A DNA stretch of 62,114 nucleotides, filler included, from Sphacelaria rigidula (taxonomy: Eukaryota), in assembly GCA_964200075.2 (NCBI GenBank). It is 9 parts of 9 records of this genome, joined end to end, with 100 filler letters (N's around TTAATTAATTAA, not from the genome) between each part and the next. Parts side by side here need not be neighbours in the genome. Positions count along the whole stretch, not along the records: positions 1 to 6,813 come from CAXNAA020017949.1; positions 6,914 to 13,726 come from CAXNAA020017950.1; 7 more parts are not named here. One strand, 5' to 3'. The translations under genes were made by a program, and so were the position numbers. Shown here piece by piece: positions 1 through 12,259 of this stretch (positions are counted from its first letter, which is position 1; the number at the start of each line of letters is the position of its first letter). The notes below the pieces were generated by a model, which did no database searches, had not been told where the DNA came from, and saw nothing but the letters and a program-made list of their open reading frames with translations.

Positions 1-743
1 TCCCGGCTTTGTAGGGATGCGAGGTCAATGGTCGTATGACTATGGCATGCATGATCATGAGTACACCGTCTGCCGTGTACAACGGAGGCGCATGGGAAAA
101 GCATTTTGAAATGAGTAGGTATAACAAAAACCAAGTATCTTCATTTTTTCACAATGACAACCGGGATAGGCTCGATCGACCGAAAATACCGAAGAGTCAG
201 ACTCTGGGGCTGAAAAGTGGCAGGACCCCCGATGACCGGTCAGCCCGTAAATTAATCACTATTAAATACAGATGATTTTTTTTTTCAATGTGCAGGGGAT
301 ACTAGTATCATCAGATCCCCAATGTGATGATCCGTGGCGAGCGAAAGAACCTAAAAAAATCGTCGATTACGGAGACATTACTCGTACCAAACACCCTACT
401 TTGGACGTGAGGTACTGTAGCCGCGCGCTGACGGAACGATCCATACCAATACACCAACACACCAAGATAGCCCTTGTCTCCAAATGGACGTACACGCCAC
501 TACAAAAACAATGGGGGAAATCGCACACCCTGGATGATGATAGTGGATTATAGCTCACTGTCAAGAAGTGTTCTGGGTACAATATCGGCTATTGTGTCTA
601 ATTGCAACAGACAATGGAGTTCATGCTGCTGTACGGAGTACATATTTTGACAATGTCATCTGTAATATTGTCATTATCCAAGGTGTGGAAAACTGGCCAA
701 AGGAAACTCGAGAACATGCACGCTGTTCGCGTGGATTTCGTAC

Positions 744-3700
744 ATTGAGCACGGTGAAGCCTCTCTCGGCTACGAAGTCAGCCCACTCCTGCGCTTGGCC
801 TGTGTAGTGCTCGTGATTCCCTGAGTAAGCGGAAAAAAACGAAACAAGAGGGGGGGGAAAAAGGAAAAATCACGGATAAGGCATGTTGTCAGGTGCGTGT
901 GATATCTACAAATTCCACTCATTGTGAATTTCCGTTTCAGTTCACATCATACCCTCAACAGCACCCCCTGCCTCCTTCGAGACCAATCCGTAGTCTCAGG
1001 GGAGCAGTCCCTCTGCCTTTCCCACTCCCGGTCCTCGCCTTGCTCTTTAACCCATTGGGAACTGTCCCCTTCCGTCCCCGGGCAAGACGCCTTATCATTT
1101 CAAGCCCTGACAAGGAAGAAAATAGTGGAACAGAAATCACCGACGGCAACCATTTATACGGTGGGAGGCCACAGACGAATCCACCAGTAGTCGTCATACG
1201 CGCACCGAAAATGTCACCCCGGTGTGGTCGGATTACTTTTGTCTAGTGAGGGGACGCAACGGGTCAGGTGTGTTCGTCCAACTTGTGCACACCGTCAAAA
1301 TCAGCACTTGCCTGCCTCAGGTCTATACAGTACAACAAAAATCGGTACCACCTGTCTATTGTCAACATAACGAGTCCCGTGCTGCACTGGGGCACATTCT
1401 CCTACGGGTCTGAAAAACACACGCCTGACTTATGCCGAGATAGCCCGCCCACAAAAAGTGCATCGGAGACCATCCGATAAACCGGCTGCGATGCCACTAT
1501 AGGGCTCGTTTGCAGCAATTTCGCCCACATGAGAGGCGTGTAGCAGTCCGGAATTAGCCATGACACCCAGATGAGTCGCGTTGTGCAGTTCGAAACCAAC
1601 TCTAACGGCATTTATGATCATCGCCTCCATGCACTTTTTTCGCCGGTTCAGGGGGAGGGGGCTATCTTTACAGCAGTCGCCTCGGGCTAATAGTTTTGCG
1701 GTAAAGCTGTATAAACTCAAGCATGTGTCGTTCAAATAGCAGCACCTCGAAACCCACACATTCCCATCGTGAGTACCACAAGGGTAAATATCGAGTGCTG
1801 GATGATGACCATCAGCAATCACGCAGCCGTCGGTTCTCATCAAATTTCATCATGTTGCCAAATAAATCATATTTGAGGGTCGACAGATGCGTGTAGTGAT
1901 TTTTTTCTCTTTTTTTCAAGTATCTGATTTCCGTCTTTGAAAACGTGAGGACGTGAGTATATATTGTTATTAGCAAAAAAAAGTCCGTTTGACCAAGTTC
2001 GTTTGACGAGAGTCGACGCGGTGTTGGAGTGCTGTACACGATCCGATCAAGTCGCGATAATTAAATGCAAGGCGTGGACCAGGGGAGAGATGGGTTGATA
2101 CCTGGAGACCACGGACTCGTTCATTCCACGGAGGGGGGGGATGATGATAGCGTGGGGAACAAAATGAACAAAAAGGGGGTATATCGGTGGCTGTAAAAAC
2201 AAAATAGGGCAGTGCCACTTTCGGTTCGGGATGCGGCGCCAGTAGACCTGAAGAACTGCTCGTAAACAATGGTTGGTACTCGATTTTACTTGATTCCAGA
2301 CGGAAGAAAGTTCTGAGAAAATTCATTATTTGGGGCAGGTGAGCAGTGGTGACCAGTTCGTCCAGAACGTGTTTTGATCCAAAATCGGCGCCTGCGACGC
2401 CGATTTGAGCTCTGGCAACGCACACGTTGCTTAGGAAACGCTCTGCACCCCCCTTACCCCCCTGCTCCGTCTCGAAAGGGATGCATGGTCAGTGGTCACA
2501 CGACTAAGGCAAGCAACAAATGAGTACGCCCCTTACCCGCGGGTTCTCGGTATGACTTGGTCGGGGTTAGGGTTAGGGTTAGCGTTGGGGTTGGCGGCAT
2601 CTCCATAATACCAACCTTTGTTCAGGGACGTTTCTAAAAGGCGCTCCAGCGCCTCAGCCCCATACCTAACGTGCTTGGACAGTATGCCCAGCCATTTTTT
2701 TGGCACATGGGAACAGGCGTGCCTAGGGCGCGGAAAAGGATAGTCTATCAGAGCACCCGGTTTTGTCGACAAACCAGCAGACTACACCCGACTCTAAATC
2801 TAAAAATACGTCATACCCGTTTTGATTCATTTGCGTACCTTGTTCGTTCCTAAAACCACCGGATATACCCTTTATTTGTTTGTCGATCCCAAAAAACATG
2901 TCCTGTATCGTTTGGTTCGGTTTGTTTTGTTATTCGACAGCCTCCTTTCCTGAAACCATGAGACCGGAATCTACCGGGGTTTGTTTTATTTTGTTGGGGG
3001 AGGTGTACAATACTGCTGCACCAGATCTTTGCCTTGGACGTTTCTTATTCTTTCGTCTACGAATTGACTTTCCTTTATTTTGCACATCTTGCATTTTTTC
3101 GTCCGTACTTTCATCTGGTTGCTCTATTTTCTTCTTTTTCCTCCATCTTTTTTTCTCCCGAGTTTCCCGTAGCGAACGTCTCCGTCGTATCAACCTTGGG
3201 AGCGTCTACATACACTGTGACAACGGCTGGATCCATCCGGGATCACTGACTGTGCGACAATCAGTCAAATTAGTCAAATTAATCAATTACAACCAGTAAA
3301 GTCATAGCGGATGAGGTCCGACACATCTATCGTCACCCGCAGCTGCTCCTATTTTTCCCGCCGAGATACGACCAACTCAACGCTCCCTACGGACAAAAGG
3401 AATCGGAAGTATGTCGACGACAGTAAATCTTAACGGGGATAACGGCGAGTTCCTTCCGAATCACGTGTCCAATTTATCCTGCCCTAACTCGAAACATCGG
3501 GCTCTGCGTAGAGATGTATGCGACAATGCGATCCCATGCATCACATCAAACTGCTGTCCACTGCCCATATGTTCTTCCTCACCTTGTGCAAAGTACTGCC
3601 CATCGGGAGCGCTGAAGCCAGAAACGGGACTGACGATTGCCCCAATGTCTTCAACTTGATCGTCGACGAGATCTCCGACCATCACTATCGCGTCTGCATT

Positions 3701-4786
3701 TAGCTGGTTGATTTTCTGTACATGTCGAGCGATCTGCGAAAAATAAAAATAAAAATGATTGCACTAGTTTAGAACATAAATATCAAACAGTGGATGGAGG
3801 TCGGAGGAAACATGAGGTTTGGTTGAGGAGCCTGTTGTTGTCACTGTGACATCTTCATCTAGGGTGTGTGCGGGAATATAAACATACGATTAAGGAGGCG
3901 CAGCTATACAGCACTGTATAGTTGCAATCCGTCGCTGTACCGTGCGTACACAGTAAAGCAGGACATATCGACATATCCCTTCTTTCACTTTCTGTGCCAA
4001 ATTTCGAACAGGTCCTTCAGAATTCAGAATCGTCACGAGGAACATATGTGACGCGAGGGAGCAATATGCAGCCGCGCGCCTGCCGACTACAACGTTTTTA
4101 GGAGTAGGTTTTTTGGTTGTGTCCACTGGCGTTTTCACCTGCACTAGTTGTGGCTGTGGCTGTTCGCACCATTTTGATGGAACTAAAAAATGGCAACACA
4201 ACACTGCACACGTGGACAAATAGCTGCCTGTGGAACAGCTTTGCAGGGCTTCGCCACCCAGTGCATTGTTTGTAGTGTCGAATACGCTGTAGTGTTTGTA
4301 GTGTTTTAATTTCACCCTGCACGGTACCCTCGCCACAGAGTGTTGCCAGACCTGCCAAACCTGCATTTCCGTTATGTAGGTCATTGGTGAGCTCTTCCTC
4401 TTCGTTGCGGACCTGAATATACTGTATGTCTTGATATACTGCCTGTATTGATACTGTAGTGATGCTGTAGTGATACTGTAGTGATACTGTAGTGATGCCA
4501 ACTGATATCCGAAATCATATTATCATGATTTCGAAAAATTGTGACTCACCAATTCCTAAATGCTTACATGCTTCTCCAAATATTGGACCTTTGGCATCGT
4601 AAGTCATACTATGATTTTGAAAAAAAAAGTGACACAATATTCCTACATGATTTTGCACTCTACTTTGAGATAGATCCCTGGGGAAGCAAATTATTCGGGA
4701 TCTTCACTGCAAGAGCACTCTGACATGGAAAACAGTCTCATACGCCAGCATACCAAATAAAAGTTACTTTTTTATCTCCGTTTCCC

Positions 4787-4846
<60 letters not shown>

Positions 4847-5441
4847 TTACTACTACTACTACTGTTAGGTACTACAACCGCGCGGTCAAACGATGAAGCG
4901 TATGTCACTTGACTGGTGTCTGTTTCGGAAGCTCGCTTTTTTCGGAGTAACCTTTCTCGGCGTGCACGTATATATAAGTACATACGTATGCGTCCAACGT
5001 TTCACGAATTAGGCGGTTTCGGTCACCCATTTTGTTCTCCGCGTTACACCTGAGACACTGAATGACATACACGGGTTTCCGGAAAAGTAAATTTCATGAG
5101 CTCTTCGTACAATCAATACGTGTAAAAAAAAAGGCACGATGAAGAAAACAAACCCCGGGTTTCCGATACTGCCGGGAGGGGACGGCTCGTTCCGTCACAA
5201 CAAACTTCAGGATCAGGTCTGCACGTGTCCCGCGTGTAACACCTTGTACGTTCAGAACGGAAATGAAGATTAGGTCTATTCGCGCCCCGCCCGGAAGACT
5301 TCGTACATGGCCGGAGAAAGACATTCCGCCCGGAACCTTTTACTCTACCTCCGCTCTGCCGACCGTTGGCCCCGCGTGTATGTCACTGATCATTGCCAGC
5401 GAATAGCCGTCAAGGCATGACGGTAGATTCGCCAGAGGAAC
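744..5441 (-). CDS. Partial spliced gene: calcineurin-like metallophosphoesterase, YkuE/TMPPE-like
   Basis: Three exons with canonical AG/GT ends and matching phases: 5349-5441 (VPLANLPSCLDGYSLAMISDIHAGPTVGRAE), 3583-3733 (IARHVQKINQLNADAIVMVGDLVDDQVEDIGAIVSPVSGFSAPDGQYFAQG) and 744-820 (GNHEHYTGQAQEWADFVAERGFTVLN). The motifs DxH, GDxxD and GNHE occur in the correct order. Both ends of the gene were not found. Confidence 0.88.
4789..4863. repeat. (CTA)n microsatellite in a metallophosphoesterase intron
   Basis: Near-perfect actactact... run read directly from the sequence. Confidence 0.95.
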
Positions 5442-5669
5442 CTGCGCGGAATAAAGAAATGGCAAGAAAAACATGCGCCGGGAATGTATGAAACGAAAGC
5501 AATATCGTCACGCTGCACAATAACACGGGGCAAGCGTACGAAGCCTAACAACCCTACTGTAGTGGTGGTTGATTGACTTGCTCTTGCACTTGGAGGCGCA
5601 ACTTTGTGCTGTGTGGATCATAAGCCGTCGACTTTCAGGAAGCAAACAAGAGTATCAGCTGGGAAATCA

Positions 5670-5847
5670 GTCCGAGAACTAGTCGGAGAACCATTCAGAG
5701 AACCATTCAGAGAACCATTCAGAAACCAGAGAACTATTCGGAGAAGCAGCAGGCGAACCAGGCTGGAAACAAGCCGGAGCACCAGCGACAGATCCAACTA
5801 GATAATCAACTAGAAAGCCAACTAGAGAACCAGTCGGAGAACCAAAA
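5670..5847. repeat. Degenerate 12-bp minisatellite (AGAGAACCATTC-like)
   Basis: Successive units such as ggagaactagtc, ggagaaccattc, agagaaccattc and agagaaccagtc. Confidence 0.7.
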
Positions 5848-6749
5848 TAGCCTACGTGATGTCCTTGATTGCCAACGTTACAACTCGACAGTAGTAACAC
5901 GGTTGTTCTGGCCATACGCACATATGAACGGACGGTGTCGTTGTGATTCCCCTCGTGCCGAAGTTCATGTACGATGTCCCATTCTCCAGTACGACGAAAA
6001 CGAAAGCACAACACAATAATTTCCGCATCACGCCATGCTCTTCGGGCCTACGTTGTTACTACCGTGCGTCAGGCTGAAATAATAATGCGCACCACCGAGA
6101 AGAAAAAAAAGAACCAATGGTATATTGTCACGTGCACAACACGGGACCACTACATTATATATGCGATAATCTATCTTGTTTCATCATGATCATGCTCGCC
6201 TTAGTTTTTCCCCTCACCTCGAGTTTCCTTCAGCGACTTCATTTATTATTATATTATTCATCCGTCGCACTTTGAACCCCTGCCACTTCCTCGGAATGCG
6301 TCCGTGGTCTCAAGGGATCAACCCATCTCTCCCCCGGTACATGGACTATTCCCACTTTGTTCAGCTTGTGATGACGGTTACGTCTACCTCATCACCACGG
6401 CTGCTTTCTCAGAGACCACTTGATGTACAGTACGACAATCAGCCGATCAACAAATTTAGCAAACGATTCAATGAATCAATAGAATTTGTCACTCATCACG
6501 TCTTTCTTCACTCGCGATTGTTTTTGGTCCAGCCAGTGCATCGATTAATTTGCCGTGGGTTCATCTATCTAAACGCCACGACTGGACTCAGAGCCAGATA
6601 TTGTAACTTCCTGTATAATTTGATTTAGACGCGCCATCTCTCGAACAAGTACCCAATTCAACGATTCTCTGTACGATAAGTCCATGTTTTCTATATTTCC
6701 CTCATTTTTGTTTCCTCATATTTTCGTCTCTCCTTCTACTCGGCCGGTC

Positions 6750-6813
6750 GCCCCGGTGGCTCAGTTGGTAACCTCGTAACCTTCTGACGGTTGAGTTGGG
6801 GGGTGCGACTCCC
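6750..6813 (+). mobile_element. tRNA-derived SINE head, truncated at the contig end
   Basis: gccccggtggctcagttggta (A-box-like) followed by ggtgcgactccc (degenerate B-box). Shares accttctgacggttgagttg with the copy at 33071-33140 (-). Confidence 0.6.
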
Positions 6814-6913
6814 NNNNNNNNNNNNNNNNNNNNNNNNNNNNNNNNNNNNNNNNNNNNTTAATTAATTAANNNNNNNNNNNNNNNNNNNNNNNNNNNNNNN
6901 NNNNNNNNNNNNN
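6814..6913. other. Artificial contig spacer (N44-TTAATTAATTAA-N44). Identical spacers at 13727-13826, 20640-20739, 27553-27652, 34466-34565, 41379-41478, 48291-48390 and 55203-55302
   Basis: Identical 100-nt linkers with stops in all six frames, separating segments of 6813 or 6812 bp. Confidence 0.98.
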
Positions 6914-7221
6914 ACAATTTTTTGTTTTTTGTGGTTTGGCGTTCGTCAGTCCAACATAAAGCGCCCCTCCCCCCGTAAAAAGGTCACCCCCCCCCCCCCC
7001 CCCCCCCCTTGTTTTTCATTTTCCTCCTTCGACAAAATTGCCGTCGATCTACACGCTACTACGGCCGTGAAAAACGGAAAACTGCAGAAGGACGTGGTAC
7101 CGACGAAGCAAACGAGACAACAAGAAGCAGAAACACCTGAAGCAGTCAGCTAGTAGTGACTGGCTCAGGGCAATCCCGCTTTTCATTACCTGTGATACCA
7201 TCACAGAACGCCAGACCTATA

Positions 7222-7677
7222 CTGTACAAACACGGGATCTTACAAATTGGGGATGGATCATTTATTGGAGATAAGAAACCGGGAGAATTAAAACCTTCGT
7301 ATCCACACCAAATCTTCTAAATACGGTTATATTTCTTCACCTACTGATCGCTATTGTGGACTGCTACACGCCGTAAAAATTTGGATCCCGATCACGAAAC
7401 TGTCGGGGTCCTAGGTCAAAGACAAAATTCGGAACCATTTTGGCGTCCGTTCGCACACCCGGAATTCCCCAAAATTGATTTTTCACCTAGGATCCCAACA
7501 CTTCGGTGATCGAAATCCAAATTTCCATGGCGTGTAGCAGTTATCAATAGCTATCAGTAGGTGAAGGAATGAAAACATATTTCGAAGATTTGGTGTTAGT
7601 ACAAATATTTCAATTCCCCGGGTTCCTCATCCCCAATAAATTATTCATCCCCAATTTGTAAGATCCCGTGTTTACAG
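7222..7677. mobile_element. Foldback MITE of about 450 bp, almost entirely palindromic
   Basis: The left end aaacacgggatcttacaaattggggatg pairs with the right end catccccaatttgtaagatcccgtgttt, and imperfect pairing continues for about 190 bp per arm. A related right arm lies at 27721-28228. Confidence 0.85.
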
Positions 7678-10548
7678 GTCGACCGAAACACAGAAAGACG
7701 AAGCATGAAGCTTTACACCGCTGTTTCACGCGTCGACGACGCCAAACGTTTCCGCCGACGCCTTTGAAGCGCCCTCCGTCTCAATGAATACCTCATACGA
7801 GTATCCCTCTGCAACTGCAATGTGGTCGTTGTTGCTGTCTTCGTATTACAAAACCGTTCCGATATCTGCGCAGTAGCAAAGTGCAAACCTCAACTGTACG
7901 ATCAAACTGTAAATAAAGGGGTAAGCTTTCTTGTTATGAAATCGCGATACTGAAATTGGCACGAAAATAGCCAGTAACAGCAAACCCCAAATGAACTGGA
8001 TTAACTGGCGCCCTCCTCGCCAGTTTCAGTTTGACTACAGTTCCAGTTTGATCGACAGCATAAACTGTGAACTGGTCAAGCCCACAGGCGCCCTACTTAT
8101 AAACGGCGCAAGACGCAAAAAACAGTGAGAGACATGCCTCCCGGGGATACGCTCATCGTCAATTTCTTCATTGCTACTGTTATTTCCTTCAAATAACCGT
8201 ATCACGTCCAACGAATTACAACAAATCGCTTGTACATTAAAACAGTCAGCAACGCCTTTCGAACACGATCCCTGCCAACATGCGTACAGCTTTAATGCAT
8301 CACTCATCCGTCACCAACGGAATCCCCACTATATTCCTTTACCCGATACTCGATATTTTCGCACTTAACACATCACGCTTGCTATATAATCTCAACGTCC
8401 AGAAGATTTGACTCTCACCTCGTATCTATCTGCTGATTATTCGACGTCTGTGCATCGTTCCGCTTTTAAACTTCATTACGCCGTCAATGCCCCGTCACTT
8501 TATACATCAACCAAAATAGCACGTTGAGTTTTGATGTTGAGGTGATTCTCTGTTCTCGCGGAAAATGTATTCCGCGCGAAACATGCGTACGAACAACTGG
8601 CGGACAGCGAAATAATCCGGAAACAAACAACATCATCTCACAAATACACAGCACAAGTCGACAAACCAAACGTTCCCGCCTGTGATAGATAAACGGATCG
8701 AGACACACTTTCAACATATCAATCTGAGTAGAGCCTTGGTGCTCTCGTGTATAGCACTGTGTCTGACTGCTCATTCAAGCTCTCTATCTATCGTTGATTC
8801 ATTTATGCATGCAAGCACCAACTTCAAAATAACTCTATATATCGGTCACACACAACCCCCTCCTCTTCAGCATTACCTCGTGAGAAACCGCATCCATAGT
8901 TGGACCCTTGGTCATAGTTCTCCGTTGTCTTTTTACTCCCCAACGTCATTCACCGTGAAAACTTGTAGAAAACACCCTCACACAAAAGAATCAATCCATC
9001 AGGCTTGATCGCCGTCGTTTCTGGGGGGGGGGGGGGGGGGGAAAAAAAAAAAAGGGGGGAGCGGGGGCGGCCGGGGGGGAGGGGGCCCCATTTTTTTTTG
9101 TAAATCGGGGCTGGGTAAACNNNNNNNNNNACAACAACACAACAAAACCACCCCAACAAAAAAAGAAACCCACATACGTCGTGACGGGGGGGTGTGGGGG
9201 GGGGGGGGGGGGGGGGATAAAAACACAAGACGTGGGACGGTGTCCGACTGTCGTGAAGGAGCTCCAGTTCTATTTTGAATACCGGGATCTGTGCACCCAC
9301 CCCAACAAAACCTCCACTCCGTGCACAGTCCCCGTTTTTCGCTCAGCGGATATTTTCCGTCTTCATGACTTCGAGAGGAACCGCACGCAAAGATGACCGC
9401 TATAAAAATAACGCACGGCAGAAAACGAAATCAATGCACGTCTCGCGCGACACGTACACCTGTCCATTCACCCTCGTGCAACTATGGCGCAAGTCATGAA
9501 CAAACGCATGAAGCACACGACACACACACACACAAACACCACGCCACGATGACTACATACATACGCATAAAAGTACGCTCAACTGCTTCCTGTACCATCC
9601 ACATCGTACTTGTAAACAGCACTCGATACAGCGTCGTTTTCAGACCATTTCGAGGATTTGAAGCTTCCAACGCGAAATCTCGCACAAACCCGGGAGGGAA
9701 AACAGTGTTATGCACACATAAAGCCGTGATTCTACGGATTGAAGACTGTAGCGTCAGAACAAAAAAGAAACATGAATAAAAGAGGGAAGTTGAAAAAGCA
9801 ACCGGTTCGGAGACTCGATCCGTGCACATTCCGCTTCGAACGGATTAATATATTGTCCTTCCCTTATCCAAATATATATATGTATAACCCACCATCCAAC
9901 CATCCATCTTCAAGCAACCTTTTATTAATTATTGAATCAACTATTTCATTAATTTATATATCATGTCTTTCCCTTGTCCAAAAAGTAAAATCCAGCCAAC
10001 CATCCAACCATCCATCAACCATCCTCGAATAATCTTTCATCAATTAAATAATTAATTAATTTTTTTATCTGTTTATTACGGCTCCTACTACGGATTTACA
10101 GCGTAATCCGTGGCGAAATATTCACGGATTTCAAACGGCGGATTTCATTTCAAATAACTTCTGAGGGAGGAAGACGATGTATTTTGCGACGCAAACACGC
10201 TGATTCGATTCCTCGTCATCATCAGCTGTTTTGTTTGCCCTTCTTTGCATTAAATTTCTTTTACTGTTGATGTCAAGGCAAAACGAAAGATAACGCGATT
10301 TCCTCCGTACACAACATCCCTGGAAAACACAGGCACTACCATCTTGAAAAAAAAGTGAAGAACACCGCTGCGGGTCGAAGATAGCAGGTCAAGATGTTTG
10401 CTTTACGCTACATCCACGCTTCATCTCTGCGTCGAAAAGACACTAGAATTTCTCCCTCGCATTCCGACGCGGGTCGACGTCTTCTGTGATACGGCGGCTT
10501 TCCACGGAGACACGTGAAGACTATTGCGTTTCCGTGCTATCATTTGTT

Positions 10549-12259
10549 TCATGACGAGGAAGGCTCGATACACTGATGATAGCTCTCGCTGATCTCATGA
10601 CACACCGCGCCCTGAACGCAGCAAATAGAACCGTGGTAGCCGGATCCGCCACACTGGTCCCACAACTTAGCGCAGCCAGGACGGCACTGAAATGTTGGCC
10701 ACGTGTGGGTCGATCGGGAATGCGGAGCAGGGGGGGGGGGGTTGTGGGTATCTTCGTCTTCGAAGCGGCCATCTATTTTTCGGCAAAATAATCTTTGAAA
10801 AACTTCATATACATCCACGTACGGTCAAAACTGATCGTGTCCTTGGTCAAGATCGAGAAAGGGAAGAAGATCAACCGGTCGTATCTGTCGGATTGAACTG
10901 GGGATTTGTTCACTATTCATTCAAAACATCAGCTACAAATCTAGGCCTATTCGAAGCTGAACAATGTAGTCGTAAAGCACGCGCTGGTCTGGTGGCGACA
11001 CCCGACGATGGTAATCAAGTGTACCGCAACAAACGGACGACACGGGCAGACAGGGATGAACTGACGTCAACGTCAGGCTGCGACTCGGATTGAGCCGCTC
11101 CTTCGAATTGTAACACGAGATATACATATTGCACTGTTCCGTGGTGTACTGCACCGCACCACACCACGTCGTCAATGGCTAATAATAGGCAGACACTCCC
11201 TTTCTGCCATACCCGCCCGTACCTCAGAGTAGCAGTCGGCCATTTCCTGGCATTGGTAATCCGGTGGGCAGCAAGTGCTTCCCGTGTAATCGTCCCCCCC
11301 GCACTGGGTATACGGGATCAGAATCTCGCCGTCGCAGTTCCCACCCGCCTCGGGTGCAGGAGTCGGCACCGTCGGAAGGCTTGAGTCGCTACTGAACGCC
11401 TGTCCATTTAACCCGGAAACTGAACTTGTTGTGGCCGAGTCGGAGTCGTCGGTCGAGCCGGAGTCGTCGGTCTCGTCGGTCGAGCCGGAGGTCACGGGCT
11501 CGTCGGTAACAGCTGGTGTGGGAGTCGTCGGAGCATCTGCGTATTATTCAGGTGAGGACAAGGATAGCGGGAGAAGAGCGGGGAGGAAGGGAAAGTTAGA
11601 GGATAGAGTCAAGTTGGGAGTGGGAGGAGCATTTCGGAAAGGGCACTGTTTTATGGGGGCATACTAGAACTGGATGTTTCCCCAAGGGAATTACCGGACA
11701 AAATCGTAGTCATCGAGTCTCCTGCAATCACGAGACGTGCGCTCGTTCTTCCAAGTTCTTGAACGTTTTCGACGCAAACGTTCTGTTCGAAGATGACAGA
11801 AAGAGTTCGCGTTGGTTCTCCTTTGCGTTTGGGTTGCTGCAATAAGTACGAGTAAAGTACAGCTTAACCCAGGTTGAAAACATGTTTTTATTTTTTATTT
11901 CCATTGGTGTTGTTGTCTGTATGAATTAACACACAAAATGCAGCTTGAAAAAGGAGGTGAAGAAGAGCGTTCACTACTGTCACTGCTGCTGTTACTACAA
12001 TTCGAAATATATGGGGATAAACACGTACCATCAGAGGTGGAGGTTCCATCGGAGGTGCTGGTACTACCAACGGGAGCGGAACCATCAGAGGTGATGGCGA
12101 CATCGGCGCAATTCCAGTACTCTTCGGGGTAACTGGCCCCATCACCGCACATCGAGAGCGACGTACTGATCCAGCTCGACTTGTCTGGGGCGCACGCGCT
12201 GTTCCATGAATCAGGATTGAACTCTTCGTATCCCGGGTGTTGGCATGAATTACCGGTAT
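10549..12259 (-). CDS. 3' part of a spliced gene: AA15-like lytic polysaccharide monooxygenase C-terminus, S/T/D-rich linker and two CBM1 modules
   Basis: Exons 12029-12259 (TGNSCQHPGY...CGDGASYPEEYWNCADVAIT), 11223-11536 (linker, then YTQCGGDDYTGSTCCPPDYQCQEMADCYSE) and 10549-10686 (CRPGCAKLWDQCGGSGYHGSICCVQGAVCHEISESYHQCIEPSSS-stop). Splice sites are canonical and phases join in frame. The N-terminal histidine-brace exons were not found on this contig. Confidence 0.82.

Noticed and set aside
6858-6869. TTAATTAATTAA recurring at a regular spacing of about 6.9 kb
   Set aside because: It is a synthetic all-frame stop linker embedded in N runs, not a biological repeat.
9020-9220. Poly-G/poly-C runs giving Pro-rich ORFs, also at 12360-12475, 13845-13895 and 34566-34610
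   Set aside because: These lie next to N gaps or contig ends and look like low-quality sequence. 12388-12465 duplicates 12551-12630.
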